From NCBI GenBank assembly GCA_002811645.1, contig PDIP01000054.1, positions 1 through 56,567 on the forward strand: 56,567 bases of DNA, read 5' to 3'. Numbering within the stretch: position 1 is the stretch's first letter; each line of letters begins with the position of its first letter. The position numbers and the translations under genes were made by a program. Of the stretch, positions 1 to 10,391 are shown piece by piece. The DNA comes from Corallochytrium limacisporum Hawaii (taxonomy: Eukaryota; Protista; Pluriformea). The notes beneath the pieces were generated by a model. It did not search any database. It was not told the DNA's origin and saw nothing but the letters and a program-made list of their open reading frames with translations.

Positions 1-407
1 GGGGGGTGGGGTGGGGTTTCGGTGCCCGGTTTGCTGGCCTTTCGCCTCTCTTCCCCCCACAGCGCACACCAACACCGTCGATGGACGACAAAGCGTCGAA
101 GACATTGTGGATAAGTGGTAGCTGGGCGTTTCATCGCCCCGCTTGATGATGGCACTTGGTTTCCCGTGTTCTGAAGATTGTCCAACCATTATTTGTCATT
201 ATTGTTCATGTATTACGTGAGTTCCTGTCTCGTTGATTCTCCCAGAGGTCAGGGGCAGACTTGCAAGGTTTCTCCTGACCTCGTATTTCCAAGAGTCGAT
301 CTCCGCAATGTGGTATCTGTCCACGTATTCTCATCTTCTTATGGTGGTTCATTAAAACTGCAGCATTCAACGTCCCTACACTATCTAAACTTGCATACTA
401 TGACATC

Positions 408-1859
408 ATGGCAATAGATTACGAATTTGTTGGACCGGACAGGATTGAACCCCGCACGGTGACCAAGCCTGTCTCTCTCATTCAAACAGTGGAATTAACC
501 GAGACACCAAGCTGGGAAAACAGTGAGAATCTGGTCAGGCGCGGAAGAGAGCTATCTTCTAGCAGCATTGAAAAGAAAGAAAAGAGGTTGAATCACCGGG
601 CACATTTGATTGATTCCAAATATGCATATCGTCAGGTGGTTGTCCTGTTTATTGGCTGCATGTTCTCGGGCTTCCTTGCTCTGAGCTGGGGTGTGTTCCT
701 GCCCCGTTTGGCTGAAGACTTCGATGTGTCTCTCGCGCTGGCCTCCTGGCCCGGTGCGCTGGCGCTGACTCTGCGTGCGGCCTGTGCCCCGCTGGCGGGT
801 GCCTGGTCCATCCGCTTCGGTTCCCAGCGAGTCATTATGTTCGGCGGGCTCTTGGCAGGGTTGGGCTGTGTCGCCACAAGCTTTACCACGAATATTTTCC
901 AGATGTACGTTTCCTACGGGGTTTTGGTTGGGACTGGTTTGAGTCTTGCTCTCTATCCCGCCATCAGCGTCGTTAACCAGTGGTTCAAGGACAAGAAGGC
1001 TGTCATGATGGGCATTGGCGCCAGTGGTTTGGGTGTCGCTGGTTTCATTTTTTCACCGCTCGAGGCCTATCTCATCCAAACCGTCGGCTGGCGGGACGCC
1101 TTTCGGGTAAACAGCATGGTTGTGCTCTTGCTAACTGCGATTTCCGCTCTGCTGGCAGAGGATCGGGTGCCACCAAAAAAGCAGAAAAAGAAGACAAAGA
1201 TTCCTTGGAGTATGTTCCGGGACGGCCGTTTCACGCTAGCTTGGCTCAGCAATGTTCTCTTCAGCTTCGGATACGGAGCACCATTCTTCTACCTCGTGAC
1301 CTGGGGTGAAAACCATGGCTTATCTCCTTCCATGGCTGCCTTGGGAGCTGGCTTGCTATCTGGTGCCAATGCGATATCCAAGCCGATACAGGGATACGCT
1401 GGAGACAAGACCGCCCGTGAGCCCGTGCTCTTCGCCTCCCTCCTCGTGGCCGGGATCGCTCAGTTCATCTGGCCCGTCTGTACCAGCACATGGTCCATCT
1501 ACATATTCGCCATTGTGTCCGGATGCTGTACAATGGGATTTGCGATGCAGGCCTGCATCATTAGCGATTGGTATAGTAACAGAGACAATGCTGACATTGT
1601 GGGCCTGAATGGATCTGGACGAGCCATCGGTGAATTGATCGGTCCCGTGGCCGTGGGTGCAGTTATTCAGTCATCGCCAACGGGCGCCTTCATGATGTCC
1701 GGAGCCTTAATGGTCGGAAGCGCTTTCTGCCATATGCTGGCATGGTACTGGCCGGCCATCACATCCCGTCACAAAGGCGACGCCTCGACTCGTTTTCCCG
1801 CAAGAATTCGGGCCGTCGAGCTGGCCCCCGTTCGTCCCACAGGCCACTATAGAAATTAA
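408..1859 (+). CDS. MFS monocarboxylate-transporter-like (SLC16/MCT, fungal Mch-like) protein, paralog A
   Basis: 483 aa ORF with about 12 hydrophobic segments; MCT-family motifs 'RFGSQRVIMFGGLL', 'NQWFKDKK..MMGIGASG', 'IQTVGWRDAFR', 'FSFGYGAPFFYL'. Confidence 0.9.
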   Translation: MAIDYEFVGPDRIEPRTVTKPVSLIQTVELTETPSWENSENLVRRGRELSSSSIEKKEKRLNHRAHLIDSKYAYRQVVVLFIGCMFSGFLALSWGVFLPRLAEDFDVSLALASWPGALALTLRAACAPLAGAWSIRFGSQRVIMFGGLLAGLGCVATSFTTNIFQMYVSYGVLVGTGLSLALYPAISVVNQWFKDKKAVMMGIGASGLGVAGFIFSPLEAYLIQTVGWRDAFRVNSMVVLLLTAISALLAEDRVPPKKQKKKTKIPWSMFRDGRFTLAWLSNVLFSFGYGAPFFYLVTWGENHGLSPSMAALGAGLLSGANAISKPIQGYAGDKTAREPVLFASLLVAGIAQFIWPVCTSTWSIYIFAIVSGCCTMGFAMQACIISDWYSNRDNADIVGLNGSGRAIGELIGPVAVGAVIQSSPTGAFMMSGALMVGSAFCHMLAWYWPAITSRHKGDASTRFPARIRAVELAPVRPTGHYRN

Positions 1860-3765
1860 AGGATGCATTTGTTGTGTTAGCTGCAGCAGTGTAAATTGAT
1901 CCGTTGAACAACCGAACTGAGTGTGCATTTGCAGGTCTTGAATTGCAAAGTTTGCCAAGAGCGACGCCGATCTAGGGAGCGAGGACAACGTGTGCAAAAG
2001 ACCACTGTCGTCGACGCTCATCACTTCCACGACCCTAGTTTACGCTCCGAGTGACCACTGAACCGATTTTGATTGCTCGAGCGTACACACATGTGGACTG
2101 TGCATGATATCTATGCCCAGCCACCGCTATGATCCGATTTCCTTGTGCGGCAGTAAGATGTGCTCAAACAGAGATTATGATACATATATATCTGCAGTAT
2201 GTACACCCCAAGCGTATTGGCCCGGGCTGTTGCGGCTTGAATTGTTGTATTGGACTCGACGCAAACGTTCGTTAGTCGTACCCCACCACCTCTGGAATGC
2301 CATGGCTCCGGTGTGGTGAAATGTAAAAAAACTGCTGCTCTCTATTCAATAGAAGCCGGACCTCAAACCTCCTTCCCGTGGTCCGGAAGGCAAGGCCAAA
2401 AGGGAAGAGAGAGAGACGTCAGGCGGCCTGGTGCTTATATTCTCTCAGTCTGGCCTTTATTGCGCGGTGTGGCGGCCTGAGCCTTTCAACACCGTCGACC
2501 GTGACAGCCAGGATCGCGCGTCGTGGGGCCTCGGTAAGGAAGTACGCCGAGGCAAGGGAAGTGAAGAAAGGGGAGGGGTTAGGTTTTGGTTTCACACTTG
2601 AACCGGAGTTCCATAGTAAATGTACCTGCTCTGGTTGCGGGGGCGGCCCCTGGTGCGCGAGGCCCCTACTTCTTGATCAGGAGATGCGATCGGTGTGGGG
2701 AAAAAGATAGTGTGAATAATGCTGCAGCGGTTTTAATCGCAAAGGAAAAAAAAAAGGAGTAAAAAAAAATCGTCGCCTCGTCGGTAAGTCACAAGTGCCT
2801 TGGTACTGCGCTATGTTACAAAACATAACATCACCGACGACGACACATCTTCCAGGAATAAGGAATCAGTACCAAGGGTAAGACAGTTTTGATCGATGTA
2901 AGAAACCGCCACCGGGGCTGGGCTGCAGCAGGTACATCGGCCAGTGGATATGCACGGGGTGTATGTTGTATCTGGGACAATGGGGGATGTAAGCGTTTCC
3001 GAACACTCTCGGCGGTGTTTTTGTCCATCGATTTCCCAGCTTAATGGATAAGGGACGGAGCACAGGCGTCGTGTGATACTTCGTTGCACGGACAACCTTG
3101 ACGGTGCGCCAGCTTGACCCCTGGACTCAGTGTGTTGTGACTTTATCAGAGCTCCTGGGAGCGAATACTTTCCCTGTAGCGATCTCCCAGTTTCCACTTC
3201 TAAACATTCAGAGTTGCCAACGTGGGACTACCGGAGGGTTTCTGTTGATAAGTGTACTGGGCTTTGTTCCTGCACTGACACCAGCAACAACACGGACGCG
3301 CTTCACAACGGGCCAAAAGTTGGGTGCAAATGAGCAGGCCACACGGCAATTAGCTTGGGTTGGTGGGTTCCGTGCTGTGTCCGAGATGGATTCATGCGTG
3401 GAATCTACCTCGTTCCCCGTGATGTGGTTCAGTGTGTTTCATGGCAAGCACATGTTTTTCGGGTTGGTTTGACATGAGAATGTGCCGTGCCTTCAATGTG
3501 CACTGGCAGCAGCGGTGAGAACCAATGATTGTATTCGTAGTATACGCTCACGCACTGTGTTGTACGCCTGTTGAGTGCGTATATGCGCGCTCGCGATCAG
3601 GGCGGGAGGGGGGTTAACTATCCCAAGCGCACTGCGCAATATTTCTTAACTTCATTTGCCCTTTCTCTTGGGAAGTCAGCAAAAGAAAATGCAGGTCCTG
3701 TTACACCCACACCGTAAGGAAAACACTATGCAAAAAAAAAAAGGGTAGTCATACGTATATTTTGC

Positions 3766-3795
3766 CCTATTAGCCCCCCGGGGGGGGCCTATTAG
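3766..3795. promoter_or_regulatory. C6G8 palindromic tract flanked by an 8-bp direct repeat (CCTATTAG); putative promoter element
   Basis: cctattag-cccccc-gggggggg-cctattag, about 420 bp upstream of the ATG at 4200. Function is inferred from position only. Confidence 0.4.
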
Positions 3796-4199
3796 ACCCT
3801 CCCGCCGGTTCCAGTTTCTCACCTCTTCCCCCCCCGGGCTTCTTCCCAAGGGCGTACATGGACCCCACCTTCCCCTCCTGGATAGGAGAAGAACGACCTT
3901 ACGTGGACGGCCATGGTGTATGGTAGATGGTGAAGCATCTACGCCGGGTTCCCCCCTGATTTGAAGCAAATTATGAGATCGTGATGTGTTGCCTTAGCCC
4001 TTTGCAAAGAGCAGTCCCGCTCCTTTGATTCCTCTAGGGGTCAAAGGCAGAGTCAGGTCTAATCGAAATGGGTATATCAATGCCTGGATCTCCACAGTCT
4101 GAAGGTACTGTCCAAGTTCCCAAACAGTATTCGTAATTGCATTCTCGTATTGATACGTATAGCCTCAAAGAACATAAAATGATAGCATTACAGTGAGTC

Positions 4200-5648
4200 A
4201 TGGCTGTAGATAACGAAATGATTGGACTAGAGAGGATTGATCCCGAGAGGGTGACCAAGCCTACCTCTATCAGTCACAGTCCCACGATTGAACTGACCGA
4301 GACTCCAAGCTGGGAAAACACCGATGCCCTGGTCAGACGTGGGAGAGAGCTAAGTGCCACAAACGAAGAGAAGAAAGAAAAGCGGTTGAATCATCGGGCA
4401 CACTTGATTGATACCAAGTATGGCTATCCTCAGGTCTTGGTTCTGTTCATCGGCAGCAGTTTCTCCGGTTTTCTTGCTCTGAGCTGGGGTGTGTTCCTTC
4501 CTCGATTGTCTGAGGAATTCAACACATCACTGGCCCTAACCGCCTGGCCCGGTGCCCTATCGCTGACCCTGCGAGCGGCCTGTGCCCCATTGGCGGGTGC
4601 CTGGTCCATCCGCTTTGGCTCCCAACGGGTGCTCATGTTCGGCGGGCTCTTGATAGCGATGGGAAATCTGGCCACCAGCTTCACAACAGACATCTTTCAG
4701 ATGTATGTTACCTACGGCCTTCTGGTGGGGTCCGGCCTAAGTCTCACCCTCTATCCCTCGATTGGCATCATTAATCAGTGGTTCAAAGAAAAGAAGGCCG
4801 TAATGATGGGTGTCGGTGCCAGCGGTGCGGGCGTTGGGGGTCTGATCTTTGCCCCACTCGAGGCCTACCTCATCCAAACCATTGGCTGGCGGGACACCTT
4901 CCGTGTGAATGCCTTGGTTGTGCTCTTCCTCACGGCGATTGGAGCTCTGCTGGCAGAGGACCGGGTGCCACCGAAGAAGCAGAAAAAGAAAACCAAAATT
5001 CCCTGGCGCATGTTCCGTGACGGCCGTTTCTCGCTGGCATGGATGAGCAATGTCTTGTTCAGCTTCGGGTATGGTGTGCCATTCTTTTACCTTGTGACCT
5101 GGGGTGAAAACCATGGTTTGTCCCACTCTATGGCTGCCTTGGGAGCTGGTATTCTGTCTGGTGCCAATGCCATATCCAAGCCGATGCAGGGATACGCTGG
5201 AGACAAGATTGGACGTGAGCCCGTGCTGTCCGCTTCCCTCTTTTTGGCCGGGATCGCTCTGTTCCTCTTGCCAGCCTGTACCAACACATGGTCCATCTAT
5301 CTCTTCGCCATTGTGTCTGGATGGGCCACCGGAGGCCAGTTCGCAATGCAGGCCTGCATCATTAGTGATTGGTATAGTAACAGAGATAACGCTGACATTG
5401 TGGGCCTGGGTGGATCTGGGCGCGCAGTCGGAGAATTGATTGGTCCAGTGATGGTTGGCGCCGTTATTCAGACAACACCCACTGGAGCGTTCATGATGGC
5501 CGGAACATTCATGCTGGGAAGCGCAGCCTGCGGCGTGCTAGCAACATACTGGCCGGCCATTACCGGTCGCTACAAACGCGATGCCTCGACCCGCTACCAC
5601 CGAACGGTCCGCGCCCCGTCGTTCAGTCCAGTCACTATTACAGAGTAG
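4200..5648 (+). CDS. MFS monocarboxylate-transporter-like (SLC16/MCT) protein, paralog B (tandem duplicate)
   Basis: 482 aa ORF, colinear with and highly similar to 408..1859 (shared ELTETPSWEN, LTLRAACAPLAGAWSIRFGSQR, IISDWYSNRDNADIVGL). Confidence 0.9.
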   Translation: MAVDNEMIGLERIDPERVTKPTSISHSPTIELTETPSWENTDALVRRGRELSATNEEKKEKRLNHRAHLIDTKYGYPQVLVLFIGSSFSGFLALSWGVFLPRLSEEFNTSLALTAWPGALSLTLRAACAPLAGAWSIRFGSQRVLMFGGLLIAMGNLATSFTTDIFQMYVTYGLLVGSGLSLTLYPSIGIINQWFKEKKAVMMGVGASGAGVGGLIFAPLEAYLIQTIGWRDTFRVNALVVLFLTAIGALLAEDRVPPKKQKKKTKIPWRMFRDGRFSLAWMSNVLFSFGYGVPFFYLVTWGENHGLSHSMAALGAGILSGANAISKPMQGYAGDKIGREPVLSASLFLAGIALFLLPACTNTWSIYLFAIVSGWATGGQFAMQACIISDWYSNRDNADIVGLGGSGRAVGELIGPVMVGAVIQTTPTGAFMMAGTFMLGSAACGVLATYWPAITGRYKRDASTRYHRTVRAPSFSPVTITE

Positions 5649-7099
5649 TAAATACTATTAGGTCAAGAATAACTCAGTTGTCGTCAATTCCTCTAAACCA
5701 TTGGATGCTGCTTGATCATGCCAGCGAGTACATTGACATAATGTTGTCGATCTTGACAACATCTGTGCTCTGCATAAGATGATACTGAACTCAGTGCGTA
5801 CCATGACGGTCATTTTGAAGCAGAACAACGAGGATGAATTCGCCACCACCATTGCCTTGCAAGCATAGTGGATCTGGCGGTAAGCGCACACGGACGGCGA
5901 AACGGTCATTGTGCATAGGTAATGAACATTAAATCAATGCAACTTGTGCGCAGTGCGGTAATGCCCCGACTGTGCCCGCAGGGTTCGCAGTCTATGAGGC
6001 AACTACCTGTGGTTTCACTGCACACAGCTGACCCGACTCTGTTCAGAATTAAGGTACTACGAAGGTGACGGTGCAACTTGATTGTGAAAATCTTGCTCCA
6101 GGTCAGCAAGCCGCCACAGGGAAGACCAGACCTTAGATGATAGGCCAGCCATTGACCCTCAGGGAACGACCTCGATTCGGGGGAACACAGCCTGAAACGC
6201 GGGAGACACAAATCCGCTCCCCGATTCTCGTGGGCATCATCCCAGTGCGCGTCCGTCTCCACAGAAGCCTAGGTTCCGTGGCCAAAGCACACCACCACCG
6301 GCCCGACGGTGTCTCGTCCTTTCCACCCAGTCCCAGAGCGCGCAGGGATCTCCCAGCACCCAAAAAAAAATAAAAGAAAACCCGTCGCTCTCCCCTCCCC
6401 CCCCGCGGGGGGCTTTTTGCTTTCTCGCCGTCCCACTTCTCCCCCCCCCCGCCAACTGCGCGCAGCACTGCAAATATCGCTTACTGTTCTGAGGAAACGA
6501 GGGGCGCAAGCACCCGCTGTTCGCAAAGGCAACATTTCATTGAAACGTAAGGTTTCGCCGCGAGGAGGAAGGGGAGGGGGGGGGGAAGGGAGACACACAG
6601 CGCCCTATTTCACACCCCTTCCAAAAAAAGGAGTTAACCATTGCAAAAAAAAAATATGGTAATAACCGAGGGGCCCCTCTTGTTTGGAGGGGAGAGGGCA
6701 AGAAGGAAGGGGGGAGGGGAAGGGGGGAGGGGGTTGGGCCACCCCAGAGACGGCCGCCCTGCGGTTCCCTTGCGTGCCCTACCAAATGTTTCCCCTTTAT
6801 TTCTCCCTCCCCCTCCTTCGCCCACCTGTTTTTATACTCTTGGCTTTTCCATTGTTTTTCTTTGTGTCATTTTTAACATTTAGTGCTATTTCTTGCGATT
6901 TTTGATAACACCGCGGTCTCACTCACTCCCCGCTCGCGTCCCTCGTCTCTTCCTGTCCTTTGTCCTCCCGGGGCTCCGATTTTTCAGTTTTTTTTTTATG
7001 GACAATTTCCTTTTTTTTCCTCGGTGTGTTAAAGCCCTGGTCCTGCACCCCCTCCCCTCCCCCTTTTTTTTTCTATTTCTTTCTTCTTTTCTCTGTCAG

Positions 7100-7135
<36 letters not shown>
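7100..7135. repeat. (GA)n microsatellite
   Basis: Read directly; one interruption. Confidence 0.95.
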
Positions 7136-7467
7136 CCCTCCCTTGTCCGTGTCCAATCTACCCAATTTTTTTTGTTTTTCCTTTTTGTCCGGTGCCGCGC
7201 AGACGGGCGGTAAGGCCCTGGTTTGCGTTGGTTCTTTTTCCTCTTTTTCTTTATTTTTTTTTTTGCTTATTCTGCTGGGCACCCGCTCATCTCTGCGAAT
7301 TTTGTCCTTTTTCATCCCCTCCTTCCTCCCTCTCTCCTCACATGCGGACGGCTGCGAATCATTCCCATACAAACAGTACCGAAATCCGTGAAGAGTAGCA
7401 CCACTCCCCCCCCCCCCCCCTTTTTCCTTGTAAAATAGCTCGTACTTTCGAAATAGCCGTCATTTCG

Positions 7468-7472
7468 CTCTC

Positions 7473-7508
<36 letters not shown>
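7468..7508. repeat. (CT)n microsatellite
   Basis: Read directly. Confidence 0.95.
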
Positions 7509-7510
<2 letters not shown>

Positions 7511-8090
7511 CGCGCCTTATGCGCTTGTTTCGTACTCCTCGTGGTAGCTGGTTATATAACAAATGCGTAAAACATGCGCCTTTGATTTGCTACTACTGCT
7601 CAGTTCCTCGTCCCGTTCCTCGTGTGGTGTTATGTCTGTTTATTGCCGGATAGTTGCCCATTGTGGGGCTGTGTTGACCTTTTGCCACGCTTTTGTTTTT
7701 GTTCTCTCGGTACATGATAAGCTAATAACGATAATGCCAAACGAGTGATCCACGGGATTTGGGGAAGGGTCATGGGCACATAACAAAATCTCCAAGCTCG
7801 ACCCTTCCGAGCAACGGCGGTGGTTCGTGGATCGGTCGATTTGGGGCGGCGGGCTTGGGGGAAGCGGGCGGGGTTTTCAAGGGTTCTTGTCGTCATCGTC
7901 GTCGTTCACATCATTCATCCGCAGTAGCATCTGTCGTCCTCATCTATCAATACCTCCTCTGCGCATGTGGAGAGGAAGGGATTGGAGAAAGTAGCGGGTT
8001 GAGCATCTGCGATCATTGATAGGGTTGTGGGAGACGTCAAACAAGACCAAGTGCGGATAGCGACCCGTAATCAAAATCCTCTGGCGTAAG

Positions 8091-8138
8091 GTAAGATGCT
8101 GGGCGATCTTGCTAACTGCCTCGCCTCTATCGTTACAG
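8091..8138 (+). other. Candidate 48-nt spliceosomal intron in an ORF-free region
   Basis: AG|GTAAGA donor at 8091, GCTAAC branch point at 8111-8116, pyrimidine-rich spacer, TACAG|G acceptor at 8138. A second donor G|GTAAGT follows at 8163. Confidence 0.55.
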
Positions 8139-8193
8139 GAGGGTGCCAACTCATCCTCATGGGTAAGTAAGAGGTGACTGGTCGGGCTGGGCA

Positions 8194-8299
8194 AGCATAA
8201 GGTATATTGATGATGGACTCTGGAACTACACACCGGAGGCACGGCACGTCAGGCACCGTTTTTGTCATTCGGCAGTCGAATTGGGACTGAGAGTATGCT
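8194..8299 (+). ncRNA. Candidate intronic box C/D snoRNA
   Basis: TTGATGA at 8207-8213, CTGA at 8287-8290 and flanking stem AGCATA/TATGCT, between a GTAAGT donor (8163) and a TTCAG acceptor (8328). Confidence 0.35.
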
Positions 8300-8888
8300 A
8301 TGTGACTTTGCGTGTTTACGGGATTCAGGTGATTGTTCATTCGTAATTGCATGAATGAATGAATGCACTATTGGCGTGTCTATGTTTGGGACCATTCCTT
8401 ACCAAATCCATCTTTACTGTGCACCAAAATCTAAGAAACAAAAAAACTGAAGCAGTTCTACACACCTGCGCCTCAACCCTACCTGTCCCTTCCAGCCGTT
8501 GTAGGTTCCTCTCAACGAAAGCGAACCCGTGTCATCGTATCAAGGACGATCCAAAGTCTGTGCGCCGGCTGTACTATGAACAAATGGACGAATGAGGGGC
8601 AACGATGATGATGCTGCTCTGGGTCATGGGGAAGTGGGTGAGAAGAGGACCTATCTGCCCAGAACAGAAATTCGGTAGTTTCAGTACTGCGTGCGCAGTC
8701 TTGAAATTTCCGTGCCGTATAAGCTCCGCAAAATTCCGCCGAAGATCGTATCAATACATCATCGATACCAAGAAAAGTTAGTATATTAAGTATGAAAGTA
8801 GTCAAACTTAAGATCGGAGAGACCTCACTTTCATGAATGTTTTGGCCAGCCAATTTTCCTCTCTCGTCTATCTCGGCCCCTCGCCTTG

Positions 8889-8889
<1 letters not shown>

Positions 8890-8932
<43 letters not shown>
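8890..8932. repeat. (CT)n microsatellite
   Basis: Read directly. Confidence 0.95.
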
Positions 8933-8934
<2 letters not shown>

Positions 8935-10391
8935 CCCCTCACTACCCCCCTTTCTTCCCCCCTTTCGACGGGGACTGTGGTGGGCCCATAACACCCCACT
9001 CAGACTGCCACCGTGGAGGGTTCCTGAAACTTTGATCCAGGTGCGCGCTGCTCGATCCACGTCAAAGGGTGAAACACTGGCTTAATCACCTCGGTTTTGG
9101 AATTCTTTGTGCCCCTTGGGGTTCTTTTTTGGTTCTTTCCGCTTACTGCGACCAGGGGCAGCAGTTCATGACGCTGCCATTGGTCCACTATATGCCGAGC
9201 AGGTGCCGAAAACGAAGCGGCGAGCCCAAGAGGCACACAAGAAACCCGATGCTTCACAGAACTTGGTTGCTCGATTACTCAGAGCCCGTTGTTCAATCAT
9301 TCACTGTTTGATTAGATCTCCATTTCGTCTGGGTTGTGTGACGAGTTGGTTCCCCTTTACGGCCCATGTATTGGGGCAATGTACCCGGCATGGAAACGAT
9401 GCCCAGGAAGTCTTACCGATTGGCGCGGGCTGGATGCGATGCGGCTCCCTCGTTCCGTGGACAACACTTAGTCGGGCTGCTGTGTGAATGGATCAACCCG
9501 TAAGAAAGATCCCTGGGGCCGTCGTCACCATCGTCATCCAATCCCAACCCTCAGTAATTCTGTCTCCACGTTTAGCTGACGGCACTTCTCGTTGCATGGC
9601 CAAGAAAGGAAGAGGAGGATGTGGATGTCGGTAAATTCCTTGTACACCGGCTTTATTGTGTTGTTGGACTTTTTCGGGATGGGTGGGCGTATCATACAGG
9701 GTGCGCATAATCACCACTTCTCAGGGTCTTCCTACCGATCAGGTGGAATGGGTTGCGTGGATGTGGATACGACTTGCTCTTGGCCGACGGAGCACCCAAC
9801 CAAGTGATCCCCTTGTGATGCTTCTTCATGATTTCTTGCTCTCCCGCGTCTTGGCCTCCCCCCTAGGCAAGACTGCGGCAATGATAGGTCTAAGCCGATG
9901 GCACAGCTAGCTGGAAAAGCTAATTACTACGAGACAAGGTCCCAACGTGAAGCCAGAACCACACTCCCGGTGTGCTCTCGGTCTAGAATCGCATAACAGC
10001 CGGCCACAGCCAAGTCAAATTCATTGTAAACTGTGTGACCTGCTGCCAATACCCCCCTTTCCAAGACCTTCGATTGGCCCGGGAAAGTTGTTGCACACCC
10101 GCCAGAGATCGTAACGGCTGGCCTCTTTAACTGTTTCCGCACTACCTTACAGCAGAATTGGGCCCATACACCTGTCCGCTCCCCCTCCCCGTTGAAACCC
10201 CGCGCTCTGTTTCGCGCGGCTCTCAGGGACACTGAGCCCACCCTCCCTCAACTCTTACACTCCCCCCCCTCGCCTCTACAGGAGCTTTCTTATGAATCTT
10301 TCCGCAGTCCTTTCTCACCGACGTTTTCCAGACCGGATCACAACGGAGATTGTCTCAGATTTGGCATCAGCAGACAAGGCTTGCTCACGTA

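Noticed and set aside
6133-7438. Many 60-140 aa ORFs rich in F/P/G/K
   Set aside because: Translations of homopolymer and microsatellite DNA.
8678-8770. Minus-strand ATGATGT...CTGA with a GGTA/TACC flank, and a nearby GTGAGG...ACTAAC
   Set aside because: Non-canonical C box, no recognisable guide, and no acceptor close to the branch point.
8512-9085. ORFs with ERERER or SLSLSL runs (also at 20112-20908)
   Set aside because: Microsatellite translations.
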